Source of the DNA: Candidatus Spongiisociaceae bacterium
Lineage (GTDB): Bacteria > Actinomycetota > Acidimicrobiia > Spongiisociales > Spongiisociaceae
Assembly: GCA_965202665.1 (NCBI GenBank)
Contig: OZ241841.1
Coordinates: forward strand, 123,646-187,645
Length of the DNA: 64,000 bases
Direction of reading: 5' to 3'
In this document: piece after piece, positions 8,856 to 18,239 of the stretch
Layout: every line of letters starts with the position of its first letter
Numbering within the stretch: position 1 is the stretch's first letter
Notes under the pieces: generated by a model
Databases searched by the model: none
The model's input: only the letters and a program-made list of their open reading frames with translations
Told to the model about the DNA's origin: nothing
Position numbers and translations under genes: made by a program

Positions 8856-9902
8856 TCAGGCGGGGGTTGGGGCGGGAGCTTCGGTTTGGGTTTGGTCTGT
8901 TTCGGGGGCGGGTTCGGGCGGGGGGTTGACCGAAGCCAGGACTTGGGCTTGGAGTTGCATGGCCACCTCCGGGTTCTCCCGCAGGAAAGCCTTGGCCTTC
9001 TCCCGGCCCTGACCCAACTGGTCGCCGTCGAAGGTGTACCAGGCGCCGCTTTTCTTCACGATGCCCTCCGCCACCGCCACATCCAGCAGGCTCCCCTCCC
9101 AGGAAATGCCTTTCCCGAACATGATGTCGAACTCAGCCACCCGAAACGGAGGGGCCACCTTGTTTTTCACCACCCGCGCCCGCACCCGGTTGCCGATCTG
9201 AACGCCCCCGTCCTTGATCGCCTCAATCCGCCGCACGTCGATCCGCACGCTGGAATAAAACTTCAACGCCCGCCCACCCGGCGTCACCTCCGGCGATCCG
9301 TACACCACCCCAATCTTCTCCCTAAGCTGATTGATAAACACCGCCGTGGTGGACGACCGGTTTATTCCCGCCGTCAACTTCCGCAACGCCTGCGACATCA
9401 ACCGAGCCTGCAAACCCACATGGGTGTCGCCCATCTCCCCCTCAATCTCCGCCCGCGGCACCAACGCCGCCACCGAATCCACCACCACCACATCCAAGGC
9501 GTTGGAGCGCACCAGAATATCGGCTATCTCCAAAGCCTGCTCCCCGGTGTCCGGTTGCGACAGCAGCAGCTCGTCGGTGTCCACCCCCAATGCCTGCGCG
9601 TACACCGGATCCAACGCGTGTTCGGCGTCCACGAAAGCCGCCAACCCCCCGTTGCGTTGCGCCTCCGCCACCACATGCAAAGCCAACGTGGTCTTCCCGC
9701 TCGACTCAGGGCCGTACACCTCCACCACCCGCCCCCGGGGCACCCCCCCGATGCCCAAGGCGATATCCAAGGCCAAAGCCCCGGTGGAGATGTGCTCCAC
9801 CCTCAAGTGGGTCCCCTCGCCCAACTTCATGATCGCCCCCTTGCCGAACTGCCGCTCAATCTGCGACATCGCCCCATCCAAAGCCTGACTCTTTTCCTTC
9901 AT
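8856..9902 (-). CDS. recA: recombinase RecA
   Basis: [28 protein letters not shown], the Walker [10 protein letters not shown] and the L2 region [11 protein letters not shown] are present. ATG is at 9902. Confidence 0.95.
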   Translation of the reverse strand: MKEKSQALDGAMSQIERQFGKGAIMKLGEGTHLRVEHISTGALALDIALGIGGVPRGRVVEVYGPESSGKTTLALHVVAEAQRNGGLAAFVDAEHALDPVYAQALGVDTDELLLSQPDTGEQALEIADILVRSNALDVVVVDSVAALVPRAEIEGEMGDTHVGLQARLMSQALRKLTAGINRSSTTAVFINQLREKIGVVYGSPEVTPGGRALKFYSSVRIDVRRIEAIKDGGVQIGNRVRARVVKNKVAPPFRVAEFDIMFGKGISWEGSLLDVAVAEGIVKKSGAWYTFDGDQLGQGREKAKAFLRENPEVAMQLQAQVLASVNPPPEPAPETDQTQTEAPAPTPA

Positions 9903-10192
9903 CGTACCATCTCCTTCAGTCTCCACGACGCAACCTGCGCCCACTCCGCCCGGAACCAAACCCCGGCCCCGGTCGGCGTTTTCTCGCCTGTGGAGCACAA
10001 GGTACGGACTGCCTGTGACAAAAACGGGGGAGGGCCGTTTCCCGACCCGTGCCCGCTTTGCTTACTCTCCTTCCTTCCGCCCGTCGGCAGGCCGCACCCG
10101 CCTTAAATTACACGGATGTTTTCAACATCCCCGGCAATTCGTCCTCGCGCCCTTCGGCGACGTGAAACCAATATGCCAAATTTCCGCGGCGA

Positions 10193-10221
10193 ATACTACC
10201 CGAACGTATGTTCGGTTACAA
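10193..10221 (-). promoter_or_regulatory. putative recA promoter with embedded LexA (Cheo-type) box
   Basis: The minus strand reads TTGTAA-CCGAACATACGTTCGGG-TAGTAT. This gives a -35 (10216-10221) and a -10 (10193-10198) with a 17-nt spacer. The spacer contains the perfect palindrome CGAAC-N4-GTTCG (10201-10214). Confidence 0.6.
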
Positions 10222-10335
10222 GGATTTCGGTTCAGATGATGGCCTGGAAGGAGGCAAGGCCTTTGCCCGTATCCCGGAAACCTTTGTGGGGCAAGGGAAT
10301 TCGTCGAGGAGGGGCGGTGCGGAACCCAGCGCGGA

Positions 10336-10935
10336 TTAGAGGGGGAAAGTTTCCAAAATTTCGTATCGGGCCGGTTTTCCGCCCAGGAAACTGCGGTACA
10401 GCGCCATCTCCCTCACCGTCATTTTGACGCCCAACCGGGCCTTGGCCGAGCCGGCTGGTTCGTCCCGGCCGACTGCGCCGGCCGCTCGCAGATCGGCGGG
10501 GGGGCGAATGCGGGCCAAAGTTACGTGCGGATGGAAGGGGCGTTCCTCCGGCGGGAGCCCGGCCGCCCGCGCCGCCTCCTCCGCTATCGCCGCCAACCGC
10601 TCCAAACCTTCCCGCCCTTCCTCCGCTCCCAGCCAGGCGACGGTCGCCCGGGACGGTTTCGGAAACGCCCCCAGCCCGCCCAACCTCGCGCTGAAAGGCG
10701 CGGGCTTTCCCGCCCGGTCCAAGGCGGCCAGCAGCCGCTCCGCAACCGGCCGCTCCACCTCCCCCGCGAAGCGCAGGGTGATATGGAAGTTTCCGACCGG
10801 AACCGGGCGGGCCGGGCCCGGCGAGGAGGAGGCGCCCGTCGGCAAACCCAGGCCGGAGCGCCATCGGTCGACGGCCATCTGAATCTCGTCGGGGACGGGG
10901 ACGGCTGCGAACACCCGCAACCGGCCCTCACTCAT
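10336..10935 (-). CDS. thpR: RNA 2',3'-cyclic phosphodiesterase (2H family, LigT/ThpR)
   Basis: Two HxT motifs are present (FHITLRF and HPHVTLAR). The size is typical (199 aa). The start overlaps the cinA stop as ATGAGTGA. Confidence 0.8.
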   Translation of the reverse strand: MSEGRLRVFAAVPVPDEIQMAVDRWRSGLGLPTGASSSPGPARPVPVGNFHITLRFAGEVERPVAERLLAALDRAGKPAPFSARLGGLGAFPKPSRATVAWLGAEEGREGLERLAAIAEEAARAAGLPPEERPFHPHVTLARIRPPADLRAAGAVGRDEPAGSAKARLGVKMTVREMALYRSFLGGKPARYEILETFPL

Positions 10936-12181
10936 CGGGCTTCCACCATTCCCCGATCAGGGCCAGCCGCATCAACTGCAGGACGGCGGTGGCGGCGTAG
11001 GCCCGCACCCGTTCCCGGTCGCCGGGCAGTCGCAAAACCTTGGCGCGGACGTCCTGGGGGGTGCGCACCGCGACCACCACCGTCCCCGGCGGATGCTGCA
11101 GCGGCTCCGGGCCGGCCGAACCGGTCACCGCCGCCGCCGCGTCCGCCCCCAGCGCGCGGGCGGCCCCCTCCGCCATGGCCCGGGCGGTTTCCGGACTGAC
11201 CGCCCCGTGCTCTTCCAGAACGGCGGGCGGTACACCCAACATCCCGATTTTCACCTGCGGGTGATAGGCGGCCACCCCGCCTCGGAACACCGCCGACGAA
11301 CCGGGCGGTGCGCTCAACCGGGCGGCCACCATCCCCGAAGTCACCGACTCCGCCACCCCGATCGTCCATCCCCGGCGGGCCGCCTCCTCCAAGATGATCC
11401 CTTCGATGGTCTGCTCGTCGGCGGCGAACACGGAGTTTCCCAGCCGGCGCCGCACTTCGGCCTCCACCGGGGCGATCATCGCCCGGGCCCGCTCCTCGTC
11501 GGGGGCTTTGGCGGAAATGCGCACTTTCACCTCCCCGGCGGAGGCCAGATAGGCCAGGGACGGGTTGGCCCCCTCGTGGTAGATGTCGTCCAGGATTTCC
11601 GCCACCGCCGACTCGCCCCTCCCCCAGGTGCGCAACATGCGGCTCACCAGCGCCCCGCTCTCCCCCGACTCCGCGGCCAGGACGCCGACCGCGCCGTCCT
11701 CGAACATGCGGCGCATTTCGGCGGGCACTCCGGGCAGGGCGATGATCAGGATCCCCTCATGGCGGACCACCAAACCGGGGGCGGTGCCCCGGGAGTTGGG
11801 CAGCAGTTGCGCCCCCGCGGGATGTTCCGCCTGGCGGAGATTGTTGTCCGGGAAGGGACGCCCCAGTTTCCGCCAGCGGGCCGCCATTTCATCGGCGTAT
11901 TCCCGGTTGTAAACCATTTCCAGTCCGGCGGCGGCGCAGATGGCCTCCCTGGTGGCGTCGTCGGGGGTGGGGCCCAGGCCGCCGGTGATCAGCACCGCGT
12001 CCGCCCGGGCGGCGGCGGCGCGGATGGCGTCCGTCATCCGTTGGTGGTTGTCGCCCACCGCCGTCTGATAGTGGGCGTCGTAGCCCAGCTCGGCCAGCCG
12101 GTCCCCCAGGTAGGCGCAGTTGGTGTTGACGGTCTGGCCCAGTAGCAGTTCGGTTCCCACCGCCACGATTTCCACGATCAT
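10928..12181 (-). CDS. cinA: CinA family competence/damage-inducible protein (NMN amidohydrolase domain at the C-terminus)
   Basis: The MoCF-type N-terminus reads MIVEIVAVGTELLLGQTVNTN...ITGGLGPTPDD. The C-terminal PncC-like domain reads VAESVTSGMV. The gene occupies the last 417 aa of a chimeric 865-aa ORF. Its ATG shares one base with the rimO stop. Confidence 0.9.
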   Translation of the reverse strand: MIVEIVAVGTELLLGQTVNTNCAYLGDRLAELGYDAHYQTAVGDNHQRMTDAIRAAAARADAVLITGGLGPTPDDATREAICAAAGLEMVYNREYADEMAARWRKLGRPFPDNNLRQAEHPAGAQLLPNSRGTAPGLVVRHEGILIIALPGVPAEMRRMFEDGAVGVLAAESGESGALVSRMLRTWGRGESAVAEILDDIYHEGANPSLAYLASAGEVKVRISAKAPDEERARAMIAPVEAEVRRRLGNSVFAADEQTIEGIILEEAARRGWTIGVAESVTSGMVAARLSAPPGSSAVFRGGVAAYHPQVKIGMLGVPPAVLEEHGAVSPETARAMAEGAARALGADAAAAVTGSAGPEPLQHPPGTVVVAVRTPQDVRAKVLRLPGDRERVRAYAATAVLQLMRLALIGEWWKPDE

Positions 12182-13593
12182 CAGGATCCTCCGCTCGCTT
12201 GGAAGGCGGGGGGCGGGGCGGCGGCTTGGATGACCGACAGCGTCCGGGCCGCCTGGTCGGTTTCGTAGGAGCCGGTGATTTCCGCCCGCACCCACTCCCC
12301 CGGCCGCCCCTCGTCCAGGCAAATCAGGCCGTCTATGTCGGGGGCCTGCCGGTGCGAGCGCCCCACCGGAACGCCGTCTTCCACCTGATCCACCAGCACC
12401 TCGTGTATTTCCCCCACCGCGGCCGCGTTGCGGTCGGCGGTGATGCGGTCTTGGACGGCGGACAGTTCCCGGATGCGGGCCGCCGTCTCCTCCGGCTCCG
12501 CCCGGCCTTCCATTTCCACGGCGTCGGTGCCCGGTTCGGGGGAATAAGGGAAAAACCCGGCCCAGTCCAACCGGGCTTCGGCCAGGAACCCGGCCAACTC
12601 GTCCACTTCGGCGGCGGTTTCCCCCGGATAGCCGACGATGAAGGAGGAACGCAGGGCGGCGGCGGGGGCGGCTTCCCGGATGCGCCCGATCAGTTTGAGG
12701 TGGCTGTAGGGGCTCCCCGGCCGGCGCATGGTCCGCAACAGGCGGCGGGAGGCGTGCTGCAGACTCAAATCGAAGTAGGGGGCGATGACCGGGTTGGCGG
12801 CCATCTCTTCGATGAGGGCGGGGCGGATTTCGGTCGGATACAGGTAGAGGAGGCGCAGGCGGCGCAGGCCGTCGACGTCGCTTATGAAACGGAGCAGGTC
12901 GACGATGGTATGGCCGGGCCGGGAGGCGGCGGTCAGATCCCGCCCGTAGGCGGCCAAATCTTGGGCGACCAGCACGATCTCCGACGCTCCCCCCTCCCCC
13001 AGGGAGGCGATTTCCCGGCGGATGTCGATGGGGCGGCGGGAACGTTGCGGGCCGCGGATGAGGGGGATGGCGCAGAAGGCGCAGGTTTTGTCGCACCCTT
13101 CGGCTATTTTCACGTAGGCGTAGGGCAAGGAGGGGGCGGGGCGGTTGGTCATTTCCAAAATGTCCATTTGCGGGCGGCGGGGGCCGAGGCGCACCGGCTC
13201 CCAGCCGGTCAGGCCGTCCAGCAGGCCGACCAGTTCCCCGTAGCGGTCCAGGCCGACCACCGCGTCCGCCTCTTCGCGCAGGGCCTCCGTCAGTTCGGCC
13301 CCGAACCGCTGCGCCATGCATCCCATGACCACCAGGCGGGCCGAGTCGGTTTTGGCGGCGTGGGCGTCCAGAATGGTTTCCACCGATTCCCGCCGGGCGT
13401 CTTCTATGAAGGCGCAGGTGTTGATCATCACCACATCGGCGGTTTCCAGGTCGGCCCCGGCCCGGTAGCCGGCTTGGGCGAGCGCGGCGGCCACCTTGTC
13501 GGAGTCCACCTGGTTTTTGGGGCATCCCAGGGTGGTGATGTGCACGCGGGGGGCGAGGTCGGATTCGGCGGCGGCCGGGACGGGGAAGGGCAT
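12181..13593 (-). CDS. rimO: ribosomal protein S12 methylthiotransferase
   Basis: ITTLGCPKNQVDSD, INTCAFIEDA and the radical-SAM CDKTCAFCAIP motif are present, with a TRAM-like end. Confidence 0.85.
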   Translation of the reverse strand: MPFPVPAAAESDLAPRVHITTLGCPKNQVDSDKVAAALAQAGYRAGADLETADVVMINTCAFIEDARRESVETILDAHAAKTDSARLVVMGCMAQRFGAELTEALREEADAVVGLDRYGELVGLLDGLTGWEPVRLGPRRPQMDILEMTNRPAPSLPYAYVKIAEGCDKTCAFCAIPLIRGPQRSRRPIDIRREIASLGEGGASEIVLVAQDLAAYGRDLTAASRPGHTIVDLLRFISDVDGLRRLRLLYLYPTEIRPALIEEMAANPVIAPYFDLSLQHASRRLLRTMRRPGSPYSHLKLIGRIREAAPAAALRSSFIVGYPGETAAEVDELAGFLAEARLDWAGFFPYSPEPGTDAVEMEGRAEPEETAARIRELSAVQDRITADRNAAAVGEIHEVLVDQVEDGVPVGRSHRQAPDIDGLICLDEGRPGEWVRAEITGSYETDQAARTLSVIQAAAPPPAFQASGGS

Positions 13594-13658
13594 GCCGGCC
13601 AGTCTAAATAGTTCAGCGGGGAATGCGGGGGCGGCGGCGGCGGCGGCGGCCGTCTCCC

Positions 13659-14717
13659 TTAAATCTCGGAGAAGAAATAGCGGCGGATGACGTCCAGGCG
13701 GTGGTCGAATCCGTCGGGGTGCAGATACCAGAGGGTGGCGGCCACGGTGGACAGCATCGGGTTGCCGTCCTGGGGGGTGAAGCAGAATCCGACCACCCGC
13801 CGCCCGTCGCGCACCGCCAGGGTTTCCACCGGCACCACCGTCTGGCTGAGAATGCGCCCGTAGTAGCCGTGGTCGCGCCCGAAGGAGAAGATGCGCCCCG
13901 CGGAACGTTTGTAGGTGAGCGCCACCCGGGGATTGGCGGCCAGTTTGTCAACGGCCCGCTCAACGGTTACGTCGTGGTCCAGCCGGATGTCGAAGTGGAG
14001 GGTGTGCATGTATTGGCTGTTTATTTTGAGAGCGGAGGAAAACAGGTCCAGGTCGTGGCCGAGCGTCTGAAAAAGATGATGGGCGTCGCGGGCGTGATGG
14101 GTGCCGAAGCGCTCCTCTTTGTGGGTTTCCACGGTGGGGCCGGGCACGAACCCCCTGTCCTGGCTGATGTCGTTGGCCCGCCTGATGCACAGGAAGGAGC
14201 CGTTGACGATGCGGGAGGAGCCGTCCGGGTCGAAACCGAGGGTTTTGAGGAGAACGGCGATGTTGTGCGTGTTGCAGGACACGATGTGGATGAAGCGGTC
14301 CCGGTCGCGGTCCAGGGCTTGGTCGTTTATGCCCCGGGCGTACATTTTGCCGAAACCGAATTCGGAGCCCTGGGCGAGGAAGCCCGCCACCTGGGGGGCG
14401 TTCACATAGTGGAGGGCCTTGTTTTCGTTGCCGGAGGGAGTGCAGTCGACGACCACCGAGGCCCGCTCCAGGGCTTCCCGGGAGTCGTATTTGGGAGCGT
14501 GCCCCAGTTCCTCGAACCCCGCCCACCGGTCGGCGTCCACCGCCAGACGCGCCCCCCGTTGCACCAGGTCGTTGACCTTCCCCCGCTCGTCCAAAAGCGG
14601 CGTGCGCTTGTGAAAGGTAACCTCGTCGATCCCGAACGTCCGGTGGTGATCCGCCAGCAACCCGATCAGCGGCTCCCCGATGGTCCCGGTCCCGACAATG
14701 TGAACAATGTTTCCCAT
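13659..14717 (-). CDS. archaeal-type (type II) glyceraldehyde-3-phosphate dehydrogenase homologue
   Basis: The Rossmann start is IVGTGTIGEPL and the catalytic-Cys block is IVSCNTHNI. The blocks IRRANDISQ, THHARDA and YMHTLHFDIRL are colinear with the archaeal GAPDH blocks VSCNTT / IRRAADP / SHHGPD. Confidence 0.55.
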   Translation of the reverse strand: MGNIVHIVGTGTIGEPLIGLLADHHRTFGIDEVTFHKRTPLLDERGKVNDLVQRGARLAVDADRWAGFEELGHAPKYDSREALERASVVVDCTPSGNENKALHYVNAPQVAGFLAQGSEFGFGKMYARGINDQALDRDRDRFIHIVSCNTHNIAVLLKTLGFDPDGSSRIVNGSFLCIRRANDISQDRGFVPGPTVETHKEERFGTHHARDAHHLFQTLGHDLDLFSSALKINSQYMHTLHFDIRLDHDVTVERAVDKLAANPRVALTYKRSAGRIFSFGRDHGYYGRILSQTVVPVETLAVRDGRRVVGFCFTPQDGNPMLSTVAATLWYLHPDGFDHRLDVIRRYFFSEI

Positions 14718-14856
14718 AGCCCTCCTCCGCCCCCATCCTACCCTCCCCCGCCCGACTCGCGCGGCACCGTCCGATTAGCGTTACCCCGCTGGGCTTGGTA
14801 ACCTGTAGCTTGGAGGGCTCACGACGGGCACCGGGAGGCAGAAAGGGAGGCACGCG

Positions 14857-16074
14857 ATGGATGGCAAAAGGTTCATCCGAACCATCCGCTTGGAGAACAT
14901 CCTTTCCTACGGTCCGGACAGGACCGAGTTAGAACTGCAACCGTTGAATGTACTGATTGGCCCCAACGCCTCCGGCAAATCCAATCTGATCGAGGCTCTG
15001 TCGCTACTTGAATCCGCTCCTGGCAATCTGCAAAGGCCCATAGAAATGGGAGGTGGTATTAGAGAATGGTTATGGAAAGGACAGGACGATTTACCTATTG
15101 CTACGATAGAAGTTACCGTAGAACATCCCAACCAACTTTCGGATATTCGATATAAACTATCATTTTCAGAGACAAATCTGGGAGGTTTTAAATTGCAAGA
15201 CGAAACAATAGAAGGAACAAAAAACAAAAATAAAAACGGAGAACCACCCTTTTATTATCAATACAATGAAGGCAAATCAGTGCTTTATTCTAAAGATATT
15301 TCAAAAAAATCAAAATGGAAGCAAAGGAGTTTGGAAATAGATTTAAGTTTCGAACAATCCATTCTATCTCAGTTTCGTGACCCGGTGGTGTTTCCAGAGC
15401 TTGATTACTTGAGTGATCAATTTAAAAGTATATGGTTTTACCGTGAATGGGACCTTGGACACTATAAACCACCCCGTATCCCTCTACCAATTGATTTTCC
15501 CGTATCCTATCTATTCGAAGATGCTTCTAATCTTAGTTTAGTTTTAAGTACTCTATTAAAAAACCCTGAACTAAAAGAAAAAATTATTAATTATATGAAG
15601 ATTTTTTATCCAAATAGCACCGATATCGGTTTTGAAGTAAAAAGTGGAGGTGTTCTCATGCACTTACATGAACGAGGTCTGAGACATCGAGTTCCGGCGA
15701 CTAGATTATCAGATGGAACTCTACGCTTTCTCTGCTTACTAACTATCTTATTGCATCCTGATCCACCATCCATAATCTGTATAGAAGAACCAGAAGGCGG
15801 CTTACATCCGGATATTATTCCGGAAGTAGGAAAACTGCTAGTTGATGCATCATCTCGTAGTCAGATTATTGTTACCACTCATTCCGATATTCTAGTTGAT
15901 GCCTTATCCGATTTTCCAGAATCGATTATCGTCTGCGAAAAACCCGAAATATCTACTCAATTGCAACGATTAGATCGAGAAGAAATCGAAAAGTGGCTCA
16001 GCGCATACCGTGGAAAAGAAAACCAACTTGGAACAATGTGGACAAATGGAGAAATAGGGGGAAACCGATGGTAA
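14857..16074 (+). CDS. ABC/SMC-like AAA ATPase (AAA_21-type)
   Basis: Walker A is LIGPNASGKSNLIEAL, the signature-like motif is LSDGTLRF, Walker B is IICIEEPEGGLHP and the H-loop is VTTHS. AAGGGAGG lies 7 nt before the ATG. Confidence 0.8.
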   Translation: MDGKRFIRTIRLENILSYGPDRTELELQPLNVLIGPNASGKSNLIEALSLLESAPGNLQRPIEMGGGIREWLWKGQDDLPIATIEVTVEHPNQLSDIRYKLSFSETNLGGFKLQDETIEGTKNKNKNGEPPFYYQYNEGKSVLYSKDISKKSKWKQRSLEIDLSFEQSILSQFRDPVVFPELDYLSDQFKSIWFYREWDLGHYKPPRIPLPIDFPVSYLFEDASNLSLVLSTLLKNPELKEKIINYMKIFYPNSTDIGFEVKSGGVLMHLHERGLRHRVPATRLSDGTLRFLCLLTILLHPDPPSIICIEEPEGGLHPDIIPEVGKLLVDASSRSQIIVTTHSDILVDALSDFPESIIVCEKPEISTQLQRLDREEIEKWLSAYRGKENQLGTMWTNGEIGGNRW

Positions 16075-16667
16075 ATCGAATTATATGTATCGAGGGTGGA
16101 GGCCAGGGTAAGGGAGCGAGCATCGCTCACCGTAAAGGCTTTGTATCTTTTGTAAAGAGGGCTGGTTTGCAAGGAAAAATGCCCAAAATTGTACTCTGTG
16201 GTAGTCGCTACAAAGCGTACAGTAAGTTCAAAAAGGAGAGTGAGTATAGTCAAGATGTTATACTCCTCGTTGATGCTGAGGCAACAGTTGCTACTAACCA
16301 ACCGTGGGAACACCTTAAGAAAGAAGATGGGTGGGAACGCCCTGATGGTACTACCGACGAGCAATGTCATCTTATGGTTCAAATTATGGAATCCTGGTTT
16401 CTGGCGGACAAGCAAGCACTAGCAAAATATTACGGACGCCAGTTTAATAGGAGTGCACTTCCAAAAAATCAAAATATTGAAGAAATTTCTAAAGTAGATG
16501 TAGAAGAAGGATTAAAGCAAGCAACTAAAAAAACTCAAAAAGGTGAATACAGTAAGGGATCACACAGTTTTAAGATTTTAGCACTATTAGATCCTGAAAA
16601 AGTACGAAAGGCCTCCCCATATGCAGACCGCTTTATCAAAACATTGTTAGGGCAAAGCAATGCCTGA
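16068..16667 (+). CDS. DUF4276-like (TOPRIM-like) partner of the AAA ATPase
   Basis: The start overlaps the ATPase stop (ATGGTAA). The pattern IICIEGGG...ILLVDAE...[11 protein letters not shown] matches what I recall for DUF4276/RloB-like proteins that pair with AAA_21 ATPases. The family assignment needs an HMM check. Confidence 0.5.
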   Translation: MVNRIICIEGGGQGKGASIAHRKGFVSFVKRAGLQGKMPKIVLCGSRYKAYSKFKKESEYSQDVILLVDAEATVATNQPWEHLKKEDGWERPDGTTDEQCHLMVQIMESWFLADKQALAKYYGRQFNRSALPKNQNIEEISKVDVEEGLKQATKKTQKGEYSKGSHSFKILALLDPEKVRKASPYADRFIKTLLGQSNA

Positions 16668-18239
16668 TAGCGGAGCTACTATCGGGTATGAGGCTGAGCT
16701 TTGGGATATGGCGAACAGTCTGCGAGGGAGTATAGATGCCGCTGAGTATAAGCATGTGGTGCTGGGATTGATTTTTCTCAAGTATGTGTCGGACGCATTT
16801 GAGGAACTACGCAAACAGTTGCTAAAGGAGCCCGAGGCGGACCCAGAAGATCCGGAAGAATACATCGCTCAGCGGGTGTTCTGGGTGTCGCCTGCGGCAC
16901 GATGGGAACTTTTACAGGGCGAGGCCAAACAATCTGACATCGGCCAGCTGGTGGATAGAGCGATGGATGCCATCGAACGGTACAACCCCGCTCTCAAAGG
17001 CGTACTACCCAAGGAATATGCTCGGCAATCCCTAGAACCAAAAAGTCTTGGCCAGCTGATTGACATGATTAGCAACATCAAAGTGGGAGATAAAGAATCC
17101 CGTTCCAAAGACGTACTAGGCCGCATTTACGAGTACTTTCTGTCACAATTTGCCGGGGCTGAAGGCAAAAAAGGTGGCGAGTTCTACACCCCGCGTTGTG
17201 TGGTGAAACTGCTAGTGGAAATGATCGAACCCTACCAAGGCCAAGTGTATGATCCCTGTTGCGGCTCCTCAGGTATGTTCGTGCAATCAAAAGAATTTAT
17301 TGAAGCACATGCTACTGGCAACGGGAACGGTGGTTTCCAAACTCAGCACCTGACACTCCAATCTATGGGCAAGAATCCAACTATACCACCTGGAGAATGG
17401 CCAAAATGAATCTGGCGATTAGAGGCATCGACTCTTCTCAAATCTTTCATGGAAATACTTTTCACGACGATAAACACCCAGACCTAAAAGCCGATTATAT
17501 ACTTGCCAACCCTCCATTCAATATCTCTGAGTGGGGTGGTAAAAGTTTAAAGGATGATCCACGCTGGAAATTCGCCCCCCCCCCCCCTAAAAATGCGAAT
17601 TTTGCTTGGGTCCAACACATTATACACCATCTCAGCCCAAACGGCGTAGCCGGATTTGTTCTCGCTAATGGATCAATGACATCTCGACAAAATAACGAGG
17701 GGGAAATCCGAAAAAAGATAATAGAAGAAAGATTAGTTGATTGTATGGTTGCTCTCCCAGGGCAACTTTTTTATTCCACTCAAATTCCGGCTTGCCTTTG
17801 GTTTATTGCACGCAACAGGGCAAATGGAAAATTCAGAAATAGAATAAACGAGATATTATTTATCAGTGCTAGCAAAATGGGACAAATGGTTAGCCGAACT
17901 CATCGAGAACTAACAAACGAAGAAATAAAACAAATAGCAAAGACATATCATGCTTGGCGTGGAGAAAATTATATAGATGAATATAATGATATACCAGGAT
18001 TTTGCAAGAGTGCTACCATAGAAGAGGTACGTCAATACGATTATATGCTAACCCCTGGCAGGTATGTTGGAGTAGAGTTACAAAGAGAAGATGATGAAAT
18101 CTTTGAAGACAAAATGTCGCGATTATCAACACAGTGGTTTCAATCTAGTAGAGAGGCGAAGGAGATAGACCAACTTATATCATCCAATCTGGGAAAACTA
18201 GGTTTTACTTCTAGACAGGAAAATGAGGATCCGCTATGA
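16660..18239 (+). pseudogene. hsdM: type I restriction-modification methylase subunit HsdM, interrupted by a frameshift
   Basis: ORF 16660-17409 (frame 1) carries the HsdM_N region and motif I ([14 protein letters not shown]). Frame 3 is open from 17301 and encodes [31 protein letters not shown] and NANFAWVQH. Colinearity with HsdM requires a frame change at about 17355-17362. Confidence 0.8.
17575..17587 (+). repeat. C13 homopolymer inside hsdM (encodes PPPP)
   Basis: Counted directly: ttcg + 13 C + taaa. The reading frame is GCC CCC CCC CCC CCT, giving APPPP. Confidence 0.95.

Noticed and set aside
17397-17409. Programmed ribosomal frameshifting, or two functional half-genes, as an explanation for the split hsdM.
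   Set aside because: Homology places the frame change about 40 nt upstream of the ORF overlap, in ctccaatctat. That sequence has no slippery heptamer or homopolymer. The catalytic domain would be cut between motif I and the NPPF motif, so the halves are unlikely to function separately.
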